64,000 nt of DNA from Polyangiales bacterium (GCA_044229975.1 JBGARZ010000013.1:96001-160000), one strand, 5' to 3'; shown: positions 49,528-59,907, numbered from the stretch's first letter. Numbers and translations are program-made. The notes: generated by a model from the sequence alone, not told the origin.

Positions 49528-50706
49528 GTGCTGATTCTCACAAGCCTCCTGCTGCTCGGTTGGGTCTGCCAACTGGTCCTCGCGTTTCGCATCCGGGGAG
49601 CCGTCCCGGTGGTCGCGTCGCTGCCCGCGCCCGCCCGCGACACGTGGCCGACGGTGTCGCTCATCGTGCCGGCGCGCGACGAAGGGCTGCACGTCGAAGC
49701 GGCGCTCGCGTCGAAGCTCTCGTGCGGATACCCGTCGCTGCAGGTGATCGCCATCGACGACCGCTCGACCGACGAGACGGGCGCCATCATCGACCGCGCC
49801 GCCGCGAAGGACCCGCGCGTGGTGGCGCTGCACCTCACCGAGCTGCCCGACGGGTGGCTCGGCAAGGTCCACGCGATGGCGCGGGGCCTGGAGCGCGCGA
49901 CGGGCGACTGGGTGCTGCTGAGCGACGCCGACGTGCACGTCGAGCCCGGGACCCTGGAGCGCCTCGTCGCCTGGGCCGAGGCGGGGAGCATCGATCTGGT
50001 CGCGGTGTTTCCGCGGATGCAGCCGGTGAGTCCGCTCATCGACGCGGCGCTGGGCGCGACGATCCGGGTGCTGACGCTCTCGGGCCGGGCGTGGAAGGGC
50101 AACGACGACACGAGCGGCGTGGGGATGAGCGTCGGGGCCTTCACGCTGGTGCGACGCGCCATGCTGGTGGAGAGCGACGCGCTCGGCCACCTGCGCATGG
50201 AGGTCGCCGACGACGTGGCGCTCGGCGGGTACCTGAAGGCGCGCGGCGCGCGGTGTCGCGTGCTGGTGGGACACGGCGACGTGCATCTGGTGTTCATGGA
50301 GTCCCTCGGGGCGATCGCGCGGAGCGGCGACAAGGGCGGCGGGATGCTCGGGTTCTCGTGGTGGAGGACGGTGTTCTTCGCGCTGCTGCCGTCGACGCTC
50401 GACGTGGTGCTGCCGACGGCGGCGCTCGCGTCGGGCGGGGCGACGGCGCTCGTCGGCGCGGCGACGCTCGCGGTGGCGACGGTGACGCACGTGGTGCTCA
50501 CGCGGCACTTCGACGGACCGTTGCGCGGCGCGCTGCTGTGGCCGATCGGCGAGGTGATGATGGGCGGGTTCACCCTCCGCGCGGGGCTGCGCGCGTGGAG
50601 GGACCAGGGGATCTACTGGCGGCGGACGTTCTACCCGCGAGCGGTCATCGAAGCGGGGCGGAAGCTGGACATGATCTCGATGAAGGTGACGCCGCGGGGG
50701 AAGTAG
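49528..50706 (+). CDS. Membrane GT2 glycosyltransferase (HpnB/CrtQ-like)
   Basis: IVPARDE, DDRSTD, GWLGK, SDADV, ADDVALG; TM helices. Confidence 0.85.
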   Translation: MLILTSLLLLGWVCQLVLAFRIRGAVPVVASLPAPARDTWPTVSLIVPARDEGLHVEAALASKLSCGYPSLQVIAIDDRSTDETGAIIDRAAAKDPRVVALHLTELPDGWLGKVHAMARGLERATGDWVLLSDADVHVEPGTLERLVAWAEAGSIDLVAVFPRMQPVSPLIDAALGATIRVLTLSGRAWKGNDDTSGVGMSVGAFTLVRRAMLVESDALGHLRMEVADDVALGGYLKARGARCRVLVGHGDVHLVFMESLGAIARSGDKGGGMLGFSWWRTVFFALLPSTLDVVLPTAALASGGATALVGAATLAVATVTHVVLTRHFDGPLRGALLWPIGEVMMGGFTLRAGLRAWRDQGIYWRRTFYPRAVIEAGRKLDMISMKVTPRGK

Positions 50707-50732
50707 GAGTGACTCCCCGTCGGGGCTTCGTC

Positions 50733-52301
50733 CTACCGCGGAATCGCGCACTGCAAGCGCGTGAACCACGCCTGGATGCGCCCCTCGCGCTGATCGCGGA
50801 AGAGCACGCCCACGTCACCATCGGGCCCGCGCGCGAGCACCGGGTACACGCTCGCCGTCGGGCCCATCGCGGTGCGGGTCACCCGCGACTCCGCGCTCAG
50901 AGGCGCCAGATCCGCCGTGAACGTGCGCGCCCACAGTGAGTATTGCCCGCCGTCGCGGTCGTCGGCCCAGGCCATCAGCACCCGATCGCCCAATGGCAAC
51001 AAGGTTGGATATCGACTGAAGCCCGCGTCCATCGTGAGCCGCTGCGCCGCCCGCATCGCGCCGCCGCCCGCCGCCCTCGTCGCGCCCCACACCTCGTGGT
51101 CGGGCGACATCTCGTCGTCGTCGAACCAGGCGAGCACCCAGCGATCGCGGTTCCAGACCACCTGCGCGCCGATGGCGCTGGTGGTCTGTGGAGACACCTG
51201 CTGGTCGGGAGAGACCCGCGTGAGGTTGCGGTCGAAGGTCGCGAACCAGACCGCGCGACGCCCGCTGCGACCGTCCATCCACGCGACGCCGATGCCCGCT
51301 TCGTTGATGGCCACCGCGGGCGCCTCGCTGTTGGACCGATCACGCGTCAACCGCTGGTTGGGCAGGATGAGCCGCCCCTCCTCGTCGATGCGCTGCGCGT
51401 AGATCTCATAGGCGCCGGCGTCGAGGGAGTCGCGCTCGTCCTGCCACACCAGGATGAACTCCTCGCCCGTCCACGCGATGCTCGGGTTGATGGAGAAGCC
51501 CGGCGCAAAGGAGATGCGCTGGTCGGGCCCCACCCGCTCGCCCGCTGGCGTCAGTCGGTTGAAGTAGATCTCGTAGCCGCCCGATGGGTCGCGCCGGTCT
51601 TGCCACACGGCGCCCAGCACCCGCCCGCTCCACGCGAGCGACGCACCAAACGCGTCGTTGGGCGTCGTCGTCACCTGCTGCCGCATCCCCACCGGCGCGC
51701 CGTCCCGATCGATCTCCCGATAGAACACCCGCGCCCGGCTCTCGGCATATCCCCAATAGCTCACGCCATATCGGTTGCCGGTCCATTGGACACCGCCCGG
51801 CCCGCTCGGGGCGACCTCGGCCTCGCTCACCCGCACCACGCTGCCCACCGGCGTCAGCGTCGCGTTGTCGTCGATGACCCCGTTGCAGTCGTCGTCGAGC
51901 CCGTTGCACAGCTCCGTCGCGCCGGGATGAACCGCCCGGTTGGTGTCATCGCAATCATCACCGCAGCGGTTGGGCGCGCCCGGGAGCGTCCCCGCCCGCG
52001 GCGCGCGAAACCCATCACCGTCGCGGTCTTCCGTCGCGGGCTGGCTCTGACACGCGCGCAGCGTCTCGTCGCAGGCCACCGCGATGCAGGTCGTGCTGCC
52101 CATGCAAACGAGCGGTGCGCCGGGGATGCACCGCTCCTCCACGCAGGTCTCCTGGCCGTCGCAGAAGAGCTGGTTGTCGCAGTCCTGATCGCTCGTGCAC
52201 GGTGGTACGGGCGGACCCGCGTCGCGGTCGAGCAGCCCCGTGCGCGCCCCGCACCCGACCAGCAGCACCAGCGGCCACAGGCAGGCCCGGTAGCCACTCA
52301 C
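50733..52301 (-). CDS. Lipoprotein with Cys-rich and MopE-like metal-binding motifs plus beta-propeller
   Basis: LVGCGARTGL; DRDGDG...DCDD...PGATELCNGLDDDCNG; repeated W.D.R...IY blades. Confidence 0.75.
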   Translation of the reverse strand: MSGYRACLWPLVLLVGCGARTGLLDRDAGPPVPPCTSDQDCDNQLFCDGQETCVEERCIPGAPLVCMGSTTCIAVACDETLRACQSQPATEDRDGDGFRAPRAGTLPGAPNRCGDDCDDTNRAVHPGATELCNGLDDDCNGVIDDNATLTPVGSVVRVSEAEVAPSGPGGVQWTGNRYGVSYWGYAESRARVFYREIDRDGAPVGMRQQVTTTPNDAFGASLAWSGRVLGAVWQDRRDPSGGYEIYFNRLTPAGERVGPDQRISFAPGFSINPSIAWTGEEFILVWQDERDSLDAGAYEIYAQRIDEEGRLILPNQRLTRDRSNSEAPAVAINEAGIGVAWMDGRSGRRAVWFATFDRNLTRVSPDQQVSPQTTSAIGAQVVWNRDRWVLAWFDDDEMSPDHEVWGATRAAGGGAMRAAQRLTMDAGFSRYPTLLPLGDRVLMAWADDRDGGQYSLWARTFTADLAPLSAESRVTRTAMGPTASVYPVLARGPDGDVGVLFRDQREGRIQAWFTRLQCAIPR

Positions 52302-52825
52302 TGGCAGGCACCGAAGTCGGGGAGGTCGGTGGGCTCACACACCGTGCCGCGCTGGCACCGTGGCTCGGTGCCGTCGAGGCGACACAGGCGCAGGCAGCGG
52401 TTCATCGCGCCCGTGACGAAGCAGCCCGCACCCGCGGTGCACTCGGTGCCCGTGCGGCAGAACGTCCCCGGAGCATTGCTCCCTGCGGGAAAGCACCGCG
52501 CCCGGTAGGTCTCGCTCCCGCAGCGCACCGACGGGTACTCGATGAACGCGTAGCACCCCTCGCCCGCGGGACAGCCGCCGCCCGCGATCGGGTCGCACTC
52601 GTACGCGCGCTGCGCCGGAGGGCGGGCGCCGCCGCACGCGTCTTCGCGGTAGACGTCGTACACGCGCACGTCGAAGTAGGGGACGTCGCGCACGTCGCCG
52701 CCGAGGTCGCGCGACGCGGCGCTGTCACCGCGCCCGCCGACGCTTCCGTCCGGGCCGCCTGTGCCATCGACGGTGCTGGCACACCCCAGAGACGCCCACG
52801 CCAACAGCGAAATCACGCGCCGCAT
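52298..52825 (-). CDS. Cys-rich lipoprotein
   Basis: Lipobox SLGC; CDP...C..GEGC pattern; stop overlaps the next start. Confidence 0.7.
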   Translation of the reverse strand: MRRVISLLAWASLGCASTVDGTGGPDGSVGGRGDSAASRDLGGDVRDVPYFDVRVYDVYREDACGGARPPAQRAYECDPIAGGGCPAGEGCYAFIEYPSVRCGSETYRARCFPAGSNAPGTFCRTGTECTAGAGCFVTGAMNRCLRLCRLDGTEPRCQRGTVCEPTDLPDFGACQ

Positions 52826-53004
52826 CTGCACTACCGCCTCCGAGGGTTCGCAGCCTCGCACGGACATGGTGCAAGTGGCAGGCCCCGTCGACCCCTCGTG
52901 CGCGACCGATGGCGCGAGGGTCGCGGGTGCCGCACAGCGTCAGGAAGTTAGCGGTAGACCGCGCGACGAACGATCGGCTACCGCAGAGCGAAGAGGAGCG
53001 ACGC

Positions 53005-54006
53005 ATGGAGTACACGGTCACGTTGATTCCGGGGGATGGGATCGGGCCCGAGGTGACGGCGGCGACGCAGCTCGTCGTGGCGGCGACGGGCGTGAAGGTT
53101 CGGTGGGAGCCCTTCGAGGCGGGCGCGGCGGCGGCGGAGAAGTACGGCAACCCGTGCCCCGACGAGGCGATCGAGTCGATTCGCCGCAACCGCATCGCGC
53201 TGAAGGGGCCCGTGGGGACGCCCATCGGGACGGGGTTTCGCTCGGTCAACGTGACGCTGCGGCGGGCGCTCGACCTCTACGCGTGCGTGCGGCCGGTGAA
53301 GTCGATCAAAGGGGTTCCGTCCCGCTACGACGACGTCGACCTGGTGATCGTGCGGGAGAACACCGAGGGCCTGTATTCGGGCGTCGAGCACATGGTGGTT
53401 CCGGGCGTCGCAGAGAGCCTGAAGATCGTCACCGAGAAGGCGTGTCTGCGCATCTGCGAGTACGCGTACCGCCACGCGCGCGCCAACAACCGCAAGAAGG
53501 TCACGGCGGTGCACAAGGCCAACATCATGAAGCTGACGGACGGGATGTTTCTCGACGTCGCGCGGCGGGTGTCCAAGCGGTACGCCGACATCGAGGCGCA
53601 TGAGGCCATCGTCGACGCGTGCTGCATGCAACTGGTTCGTGACCCGTCGCGCTTCGACGTGCTGGTGATGGACAACCTCTATGGGGACATCCTGAGCGAC
53701 CTGTGTGCAGGGCTCGTCGGGGGATTGGGCGTCGTCCCGGGGGCGAACTTCGGGGAGAACTGCGCGGTGTTCGAGGCGGTGCACGGCAGCGCGCCGGACA
53801 TCGCCGGCAAGAACGTCGCGAACCCCACGGCGCTCATCCTGTCGGCGGCGATGATGCTGCACGCCATGGGCGAGCGCGACGCAGGGAAGAAGGTGGAAGA
53901 CGCCGTCGCGTGGCTCTACGCGGAGACCGACGTCCGCACCGGTGACCTGGGCGGCAAGGTCGGCACGATGGAGTTTGCGGAGGCGCTGGCGAAGCGGGTG
54001 AGCTGA
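53005..54006 (+). CDS. Isocitrate/isopropylmalate dehydrogenase family (NAD-IDH-like)
   Basis: IPGDGIGPE, RENTEG, HKANIMK, NLYGDILSD, EAVHGSAPDIAG. Confidence 0.92.
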   Translation: MEYTVTLIPGDGIGPEVTAATQLVVAATGVKVRWEPFEAGAAAAEKYGNPCPDEAIESIRRNRIALKGPVGTPIGTGFRSVNVTLRRALDLYACVRPVKSIKGVPSRYDDVDLVIVRENTEGLYSGVEHMVVPGVAESLKIVTEKACLRICEYAYRHARANNRKKVTAVHKANIMKLTDGMFLDVARRVSKRYADIEAHEAIVDACCMQLVRDPSRFDVLVMDNLYGDILSDLCAGLVGGLGVVPGANFGENCAVFEAVHGSAPDIAGKNVANPTALILSAAMMLHAMGERDAGKKVEDAVAWLYAETDVRTGDLGGKVGTMEFAEALAKRVS

Positions 54007-54095
54007 GGGTCGCGAGCCCACGGAACCGTGACGTCGTCGAAGGCGCGGTCGTAGAGTTCATCGACGGCGATGCGGAGGTCGGGCGAGTGCCTGTC

Positions 54096-54419
54096 CACAG
54101 GAGACTTCGATGCGTTGGAGAGCATCCGCCCACGTCGGCCCAACGCCCCTCACCGTCGCGCAGCGACGGGGCGACGCGTGGTCGGAGATGGGCCGCCAGG
54201 GCGCAAGGGTCGCAAGGGAGCAAGCGATAGGGGCGGTTCGGCGCTCCCGACGCCACCAGCCTGCGAACGTGGATGTGTCGTAGCCCACTCACTCCTTGCG
54301 ACCCTGGCGCCCTGGCGGCCCATCTCCGACCACGCGCCGCCCCGTCGCTTCGCGACGGTGAGGGGCGTTGGGCTGACGTGAACGAGTGCTCGGCGATCAA
54401 CCCATCGAAGTCCCCTGTG
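54096..54419. repeat. Dispersed inverted-repeat element, copy 3 (arms about 125 bp)
   Basis: 54096-54220 is near-complementary to 54292-54419; core GGCCGCCAGGGCGCAAGGGTCGCAAGGGAG. Confidence 0.9.
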
Positions 54420-55095
54420 AGCGGGTCCTTCGCAGACTCACGCGACGTGCGACGACCGCCGCGCAGTCCGCGCAGAAGCGCCCGCCGCGTGCGTCGATTG
54501 TCTCGACCGAGTCGACGTCGGCGTCGCCGATCATCAAGCAGTCCACACCCTCTTCGTAGCTGTGATGATCGAGCCCGAAGGTGTGACCGATCTCGTGCAG
54601 CGCGATCTTCGCCGCGCGCGTAACGAGTCGGCGCCGCGAGGGACAATCGGCGTCGAGCATGTGCAGGCTCAACACGCAGGCCGGGCGCGCGAGGTAGGCG
54701 AGGCCAAAGACGAAGTTCCAATCGCGGCGCGGTGTGATGTTGTCTTCGGTGATCCCCAGCGAAGCGACCGCCCCCGCCAGCTTCCGGCGCTCCACCTGCG
54801 CGAGGAACACGTTGGCCGACCGACCACGCCACCCCGCCGCGCTCCGCACCGACGGCCGCGCGTCGACCGCCGCTGGCTGCACCACCACCGGCACGCCCAG
54901 GGCGCGCGTCACCGCCGTCGAGAGTGAGCGCACGAAACCAGCCCGCATCGGCCCCAGCGTCCACAGTGACACCGCCCCGCGCGCGTCGACCACGAGCGGC
55001 GCCCGACACGCGGGACACCGCCGTCGCGAGAGCACCACCCGCGCACCGCAGCCGCACTCGTGCGCGTCGGAGAGGCGCTTCACGGTCGCTTTCAC
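54397..55095 (-). CDS. Archaemetzincin-family Zn protease with N-terminal Zn ribbon
   Basis: NFVFGLA, HEIGHTFGLDH, CLM, FCADC; N-terminal HECGC...CPAC. Confidence 0.8.
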   Translation of the reverse strand: MKATVKRLSDAHECGCGARVVLSRRRCPACRAPLVVDARGAVSLWTLGPMRAGFVRSLSTAVTRALGVPVVVQPAAVDARPSVRSAAGWRGRSANVFLAQVERRKLAGAVASLGITEDNITPRRDWNFVFGLAYLARPACVLSLHMLDADCPSRRRLVTRAAKIALHEIGHTFGLDHHSYEEGVDCLMIGDADVDSVETIDARGGRFCADCAAVVARRVSLRRTRSQGTSMG

Positions 55096-55129
55096 ACAGC
55101 GACCATACAGCGATCCGTAGGCCGACCCG

Positions 55130-55996
55130 TCACCCCATGAAGGCCGCGCGGTGGTCGCGCGCGAATGCCGCCAGCGAGCGCGGCTCCGCGCCCGTCACGC
55201 GTCGCACGTCGTCGGTCACCCGCTCGGTGCGGCCCGCCGCGAAGGCCGTCACGTAGACGTCCGTCAGCAGCTCCGCGAACCACCGCGGCAGCCCCGCCTC
55301 CACCATCCCCTGACAGAACGCCGCGCCCGGCAGGTCGATGAACTGCACCGGTCGCCCCAGCGCCTCGCCCAGCACCCGCGCCGCGTCGCCGTGGCTCAAC
55401 GACTCCGGGCCCGTCAGCGTGTACGTGCGACCCGCGTGGCCGTCCTCCGTGAGCACCTTCTCGGCCACCCGCGCGATGTCGCCCGCGTCGATGAGCGCCG
55501 ACCGCGCCGCGCCCGTCGGCATCGGGAGCGCGCCGTTGCGGATGGCGCCCGCGAGGCCGAGGAAGTTCTGCATGAAGAAGTTGGGGCGCAGCACCGTGGC
55601 GGGCACACCCGACGCGGCGAGGTGCCGCTCGATCGCCCCGTGAATCGCCTGGATGCGCGCGGGACCATCCGGGTGCGCGTCGACACCCGACACCTTCACG
55701 TAGTGCCCGACGCCCGCCGCCTTCGCGGCGTCGATGAGCGCCGACTCCGCGCTCACCAGATCGAGCGTTCCGGTCGGGCCTCCAACCGCGACGTACATCC
55801 GCTCGGCCCCAGCGAGGGCGCGGCTGAAGGTGTCCGGTCGCTCGATGTCCCCGACCACGAACTCCGCCCCCTCGCCCACCGCGCGTCGCGCCCGCTCGAC
55901 GTCGCGCGCCACCACGCGCACGCGGCGACCCGCCGCGACCAGGGCCTTCACCAGTGGGGTTCCCGTGCTACCCGTTGCTCCGTAGACGACGATCAT
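55130..55996 (-). CDS. NmrA-like / atypical SDR oxidoreductase
   Basis: YGATGSTG, LRPNFFMQN, YTLTGPE. Confidence 0.88.
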   Translation of the reverse strand: MIVVYGATGSTGTPLVKALVAAGRRVRVVARDVERARRAVGEGAEFVVGDIERPDTFSRALAGAERMYVAVGGPTGTLDLVSAESALIDAAKAAGVGHYVKVSGVDAHPDGPARIQAIHGAIERHLAASGVPATVLRPNFFMQNFLGLAGAIRNGALPMPTGAARSALIDAGDIARVAEKVLTEDGHAGRTYTLTGPESLSHGDAARVLGEALGRPVQFIDLPGAAFCQGMVEAGLPRWFAELLTDVYVTAFAAGRTERVTDDVRRVTGAEPRSLAAFARDHRAAFMG

Positions 55997-56090
55997 GGCG
56001 CTCTCTCCTCCGGTTGGTGATTCAACCGAAGGCCACCGTGCGCCGAGCGACGTCACCCGAGAATTGGCCGGGTGGCGCATGGACGGGCGT

Positions 56091-57617
56091 TCAGGCGTCG
56101 AGCAGGCGGTGCTCCATCGCGAAGAGCGCGAGGCCCGCGCGGCTCTCCAGGCCGAGCTTCTCGTAGACGTTCATCACGTGCTTCTGTGCCGTGCGCGGCG
56201 ACATCCCGAGCAGCGCCCCCACCTCCGGGTTGGTGCGCCCCACCGCCACCAGACGGATCACCTCGACCTCGCGATCGGTGAGCCCGCGCGGCCACGCCGA
56301 CGAGCGCTCACGGGCGACGCCAGCGGCCTCCAGCACGGCGCCGACGGCGGTGCGATCGAGGGCACCGTCGCGCACCATCGCGAGCATCTCGCGACGCGAC
56401 GCCTCGGGCGCAAAGGCCTCTCGATGGGGCCGCCTGGAGCAGAGGGCCACGTAGACGTCCGCGGCAGCGAGCACCCGCGCCACGGCCGGAACGCTCTCCA
56501 ACCCCAGCCGTCGGTGATAGCCCGCGCCCGCACCGCGCTCGTGGGTGGCCGCGGCGACATCGGCGAAGGGACCCAGCGCCGGAGCGAGCCGGAGGATGGT
56601 CTCGGTCTGCTGGCTATGGGTTCGCACGCGCTCGCGCTCGTAGGGGGTGAGCGCGCCGGGCTTCTCCCACACGCCGTTGGCAACAGCCACGCGACCGAGG
56701 TCGTGCACGAGACCAGCGTCGCGCGCGAAGCCCGGGTCGGGCAGCGCGGCGATGACCGCGGCCTTCTCCGCGAGCTCGGCGACGCGCTCGGAGTGACCGA
56801 GCGTAAACACCGACCCGAGGTCGGCGAAGCGAGAGAACGCCCGCAGGTAGCGGGTGACCTCCGCCCCGTCGACGGCGATGAGATGGGGTGCGGGCTCCGA
56901 GGCGAGAAAGGCGTCCCACACCGAGCTGCCGTAGAGGGGCGCCCAGAGCTCGCCCGCGTGCGCGATGAAGGCGTCGACCATGACCGGATCGAGCTCTCCT
57001 CCACGGCGGCGACGGAGCTCGGCGAGGGCCTCGTCGGGGCCGAAGTTCCAGGCGTAGAGCTCGGCGGTGTCGGCGACGTCGGCGAGGCGCGCGGCGGCCG
57101 GCATCGCGTCGCCGCCGCGCGCAGACAGCGGGCCGCGGCCGTCCCAGCGCTCCCCCCGCAACATGAGCACGTCGGCGACCGCGGGCATGCCGACGGCGAG
57201 CGCGAAGCCACGGCCGCCCTCGCACTGGGCGTGGGAGTGGCCGGCGACCGCAGCGGGGGTCAGGAGGCGACCGATGGCCGCGGCGCGTGCGGCGATGGGG
57301 GCGTGCGCGGCGATGCCGCGGAGGGCGGCCGCGACGAAGGTCGACGGGCGGCCGAAGTCGACCATGGCGAGCGTGCGGCGCAGGGCGATGTCGTCGCCCG
57401 CGCTGAAGTAGCGGCCCTCCTCGTGGGCGAAGGAGGTGCAACCCACGAAGCGCAGCAGCGTCGCCCAGAACGCCGCCCGAACGCCCTCGTCGTCGGCCCC
57501 GGTGGCGCGCGCGAGGCGACACGCGAGCACGGTGTTGCGCAGCGACTTCTCCAGGGCGAACCCGTCGGCGAGGTCGGTGGCGAGGGAGAGCGACCCGAGC
57601 AGCTCCGCGACACGCAT
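56091..57617 (-). CDS. HD-GYP-domain LuxR-family regulator
   Basis: ERWDGRG, HDLG, HER, LTDREVEVIRL HTH. Confidence 0.88.
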   Translation of the reverse strand: MRVAELLGSLSLATDLADGFALEKSLRNTVLACRLARATGADDEGVRAAFWATLLRFVGCTSFAHEEGRYFSAGDDIALRRTLAMVDFGRPSTFVAAALRGIAAHAPIAARAAAIGRLLTPAAVAGHSHAQCEGGRGFALAVGMPAVADVLMLRGERWDGRGPLSARGGDAMPAAARLADVADTAELYAWNFGPDEALAELRRRRGGELDPVMVDAFIAHAGELWAPLYGSSVWDAFLASEPAPHLIAVDGAEVTRYLRAFSRFADLGSVFTLGHSERVAELAEKAAVIAALPDPGFARDAGLVHDLGRVAVANGVWEKPGALTPYERERVRTHSQQTETILRLAPALGPFADVAAATHERGAGAGYHRRLGLESVPAVARVLAAADVYVALCSRRPHREAFAPEASRREMLAMVRDGALDRTAVGAVLEAAGVARERSSAWPRGLTDREVEVIRLVAVGRTNPEVGALLGMSPRTAQKHVMNVYEKLGLESRAGLALFAMEHRLLDA

Positions 57618-57654
57618 GGTGGGCTCCGATGGTACGACAGTCGTCGGAGCACCG

Positions 57655-58404
57655 ATGAGCACGCACCCCGATCGCATCCTCTACACCTTCAAGATCTCCC
57701 ACTACGCCGAGAAGGCGCGCTGGGCCCTCGACCGCAAGGCGCTGCCCTATCGCGAGGAGGCCGTGCTCATCGGCCCCGGCCAGGTGCTGCTCAAGCTGCG
57801 CACCGGCAGCCGACAGGTTCCGGTGCTCGATGATGGTGGGCACGTGGTGCCGGGCTCGACCGCCATCCTCGAACACCTCGATCGGCGCTACCCCACCGCG
57901 CCGCTCTGGCCGGAAGACCCGACGGTGCGCGACGAAGCGAAGTCCCTCGTCACCTGGATCGACGAGCGCATCGGCAAGGGCGTGCGGGGCTACCTGCTCG
58001 CGCAGGCGCGTCACAACAAGCGCATCGGGGTGGGCGCGAAGGTCGCGCAGGTGGTGGGCCCCGCGGTGCTGGGCGTCGCGTCGGACTACTTCGGCTACGA
58101 GTCCCTCGACCGCGCGCAGGAGGAGTTTCCCAAGGACCTCCGCGAGCTCGCCGCGCGCCTCGTGGGCAACGACTTCCTCGTGGGTGACCGCTTCGGCGCG
58201 GCCGACCTCACCGCGGCGTCGCTGCTCAACGCGCTGTATGCGCCGGTCGGGTCGCCGCTGCGCACCCGGCTCAACAGCCACCGCCCGGGCATCGCGAAGG
58301 ACCGCGAGCTCACCCCGCTCTTCGACTGGCTCGACCGGATGTACCGAGACCACCGCCGCGCCCGACCGGTCGCCGACTACGGCACGCCGTCGAGCGCGGC
58401 GTAG
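57655..58404 (+). CDS. Glutathione S-transferase family protein
   Basis: ISHYAEKARWAL, QVPVL, GSTAILEHL, FLVGDRFGAADL. Confidence 0.88.
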   Translation: MSTHPDRILYTFKISHYAEKARWALDRKALPYREEAVLIGPGQVLLKLRTGSRQVPVLDDGGHVVPGSTAILEHLDRRYPTAPLWPEDPTVRDEAKSLVTWIDERIGKGVRGYLLAQARHNKRIGVGAKVAQVVGPAVLGVASDYFGYESLDRAQEEFPKDLRELAARLVGNDFLVGDRFGAADLTAASLLNALYAPVGSPLRTRLNSHRPGIAKDRELTPLFDWLDRMYRDHRRARPVADYGTPSSAA

Positions 58405-58408
58405 CGGG

Positions 58409-58738
58409 TCACTTCACCGCGAGCAGCTCGACGTCGAAGACGAGCGTGGCGTGGGGCGGAATCCTCCCGCCAGCCGCGCCGCCCGCGCCGTAGCCGAGCT
58501 CCGAGGGGATGGTGAGCTTGCGCTTGCCGCCGACCTTCATGCCGACGACCCCCTGGTCCCACCCCTTGATGACGCGCCCGGCGCCGAGGGAGAACGAGAA
58601 GGGGCGGCCGCGGTCGACGGACGAATCGAACTTCGTCCCGTCGGTGAGCCAGCCCGTGTAGTGCACGTCGACGGAGCGGCCCGTGGTGGCTTCGGCGCCG
58701 GTCCCAACCTGGAGGTCTTCGATCTTGAGGTCTGCCAT
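58409..58738 (-). CDS. FKBP-type peptidyl-prolyl isomerase
   Basis: VHYTGWL, FDSS, VIKGWDQG, IPPHATLVFDVELL. Confidence 0.95.
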   Translation of the reverse strand: MADLKIEDLQVGTGAEATTGRSVDVHYTGWLTDGTKFDSSVDRGRPFSFSLGAGRVIKGWDQGVVGMKVGGKRKLTIPSELGYGAGGAAGGRIPPHATLVFDVELLAVK

Positions 58739-58800
58739 GATGGCCGCGACGCTCTCACGCCCGACGGGTCGGTGTGAAGACCGCCGGTGGCCCTTGTCCG

Positions 58801-59907
58801 CTACCGCCAGGCCTGCACGCGGTAGGCGTCGCCGTTGTCGTCGCCGACGAGGTACAGCCGCTGCCCGCCGCCGCACACGACGTCGCGCGCCACGTTGCCC
58901 GACTCGGTGAGCGCTGCGGGCGCGCCCTGCCCCGTCCACCGCCACACCTGCGGGCGCGTTCGGTAGCGGGCGCGCGTCAACAGCACCGTGGTGCAACCGG
59001 GGCCCGTCGCCGCGGGGTCGAGCGCGAGCAGCACCCGCCGGTAGTCGTTGAAGCCGATGTCCACCACCGGGTCGTGCGCCGCGAGGGACGTCGGCAGCAC
59101 CGCCTCCAGCGACGGCGCCGTCGGGTCCCACGCGATGCGCGGGTGACCCATCGGGCTGCCCGTCCCGCGGGCGCTCAGCGTCGCGAACCACGTCACCACC
59201 GCCGTCGCCGAGGGCGCCACCGCCGCGTGCGCCCGGTCGATCATCGCCTCGGGCCACGCGAGCGTCGCCCCCGCCGGCTGCTGCGCCGTGAGCTCGTCCC
59301 ACTCCGCGCCGCGACCCGCGAAGGCTACCGCCGTGCTGTCGAAGCGGCCGCGTCGCAGCCCGCTGAAGCCCCCGGTGGTCGACCACGGCGCGCGGGTGAG
59401 CAGCACCGTCGCGCTCGACTCGGTGTACCGCGGCGGCCGCTCGTGGCTGCGCCGCGTCGTCTGCGCGCTCACCACCACGGTCATCGCCTGCGTCGCGCAG
59501 TACTGCACCTGCCCCGCTGCGCCTTCGGGGTGATCGACCGCGGCTTCTGTGATGGTGCCCGCCGGGCCGGGCGCCGCGAGGGTCAGCGCCGTCAAGCGCT
59601 GGAAGCCCGACACGCCCGCGATGACGGCCACACACTCGCGCGCCGCGAGGTTGACCGTGAGCTGCAACGGCCCTCCCGCGCCGACGGCCCGCGCCGACGC
59701 GCTCACGTCCGCCGCCGGGGGGAAGCCCGTCGCGGTCGCACTCGCGAGCTCCCGCGCGATGGCCGCGCGCGTCACCTCGACGGGCGTCGCCGTCGGCACG
59801 CTCTGCACGGCCGCCTCGTCGGCGAACGCGTACGCCCCGATCACCCCGGCGACCGCAGAGCAGCAGCCCGCCACCACCAGCCCAGCCGTGCGCGCAACCG
59901 ACACCAT
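58801..59907 (-). CDS. Hypothetical membrane-anchored protein
   Basis: N-terminal hydrophobic helix; paired Cys; no recognised motif. Confidence 0.5.
   Translation of the reverse strand: MVSVARTAGLVVAGCCSAVAGVIGAYAFADEAAVQSVPTATPVEVTRAAIARELASATATGFPPAADVSASARAVGAGGPLQLTVNLAARECVAVIAGVSGFQRLTALTLAAPGPAGTITEAAVDHPEGAAGQVQYCATQAMTVVVSAQTTRRSHERPPRYTESSATVLLTRAPWSTTGGFSGLRRGRFDSTAVAFAGRGAEWDELTAQQPAGATLAWPEAMIDRAHAAVAPSATAVVTWFATLSARGTGSPMGHPRIAWDPTAPSLEAVLPTSLAAHDPVVDIGFNDYRRVLLALDPAATGPGCTTVLLTRARYRTRPQVWRWTGQGAPAALTESGNVARDVVCGGGQRLYLVGDDNGDAYRVQAWR

Noticed and set aside
56054..56074. CACCCG-N9-CGGGTG palindrome between the HD-GYP/LuxR gene and the NmrA-like gene
   Set aside because: 6-bp GC-rich arms are expected by chance; possible operator but unsupported
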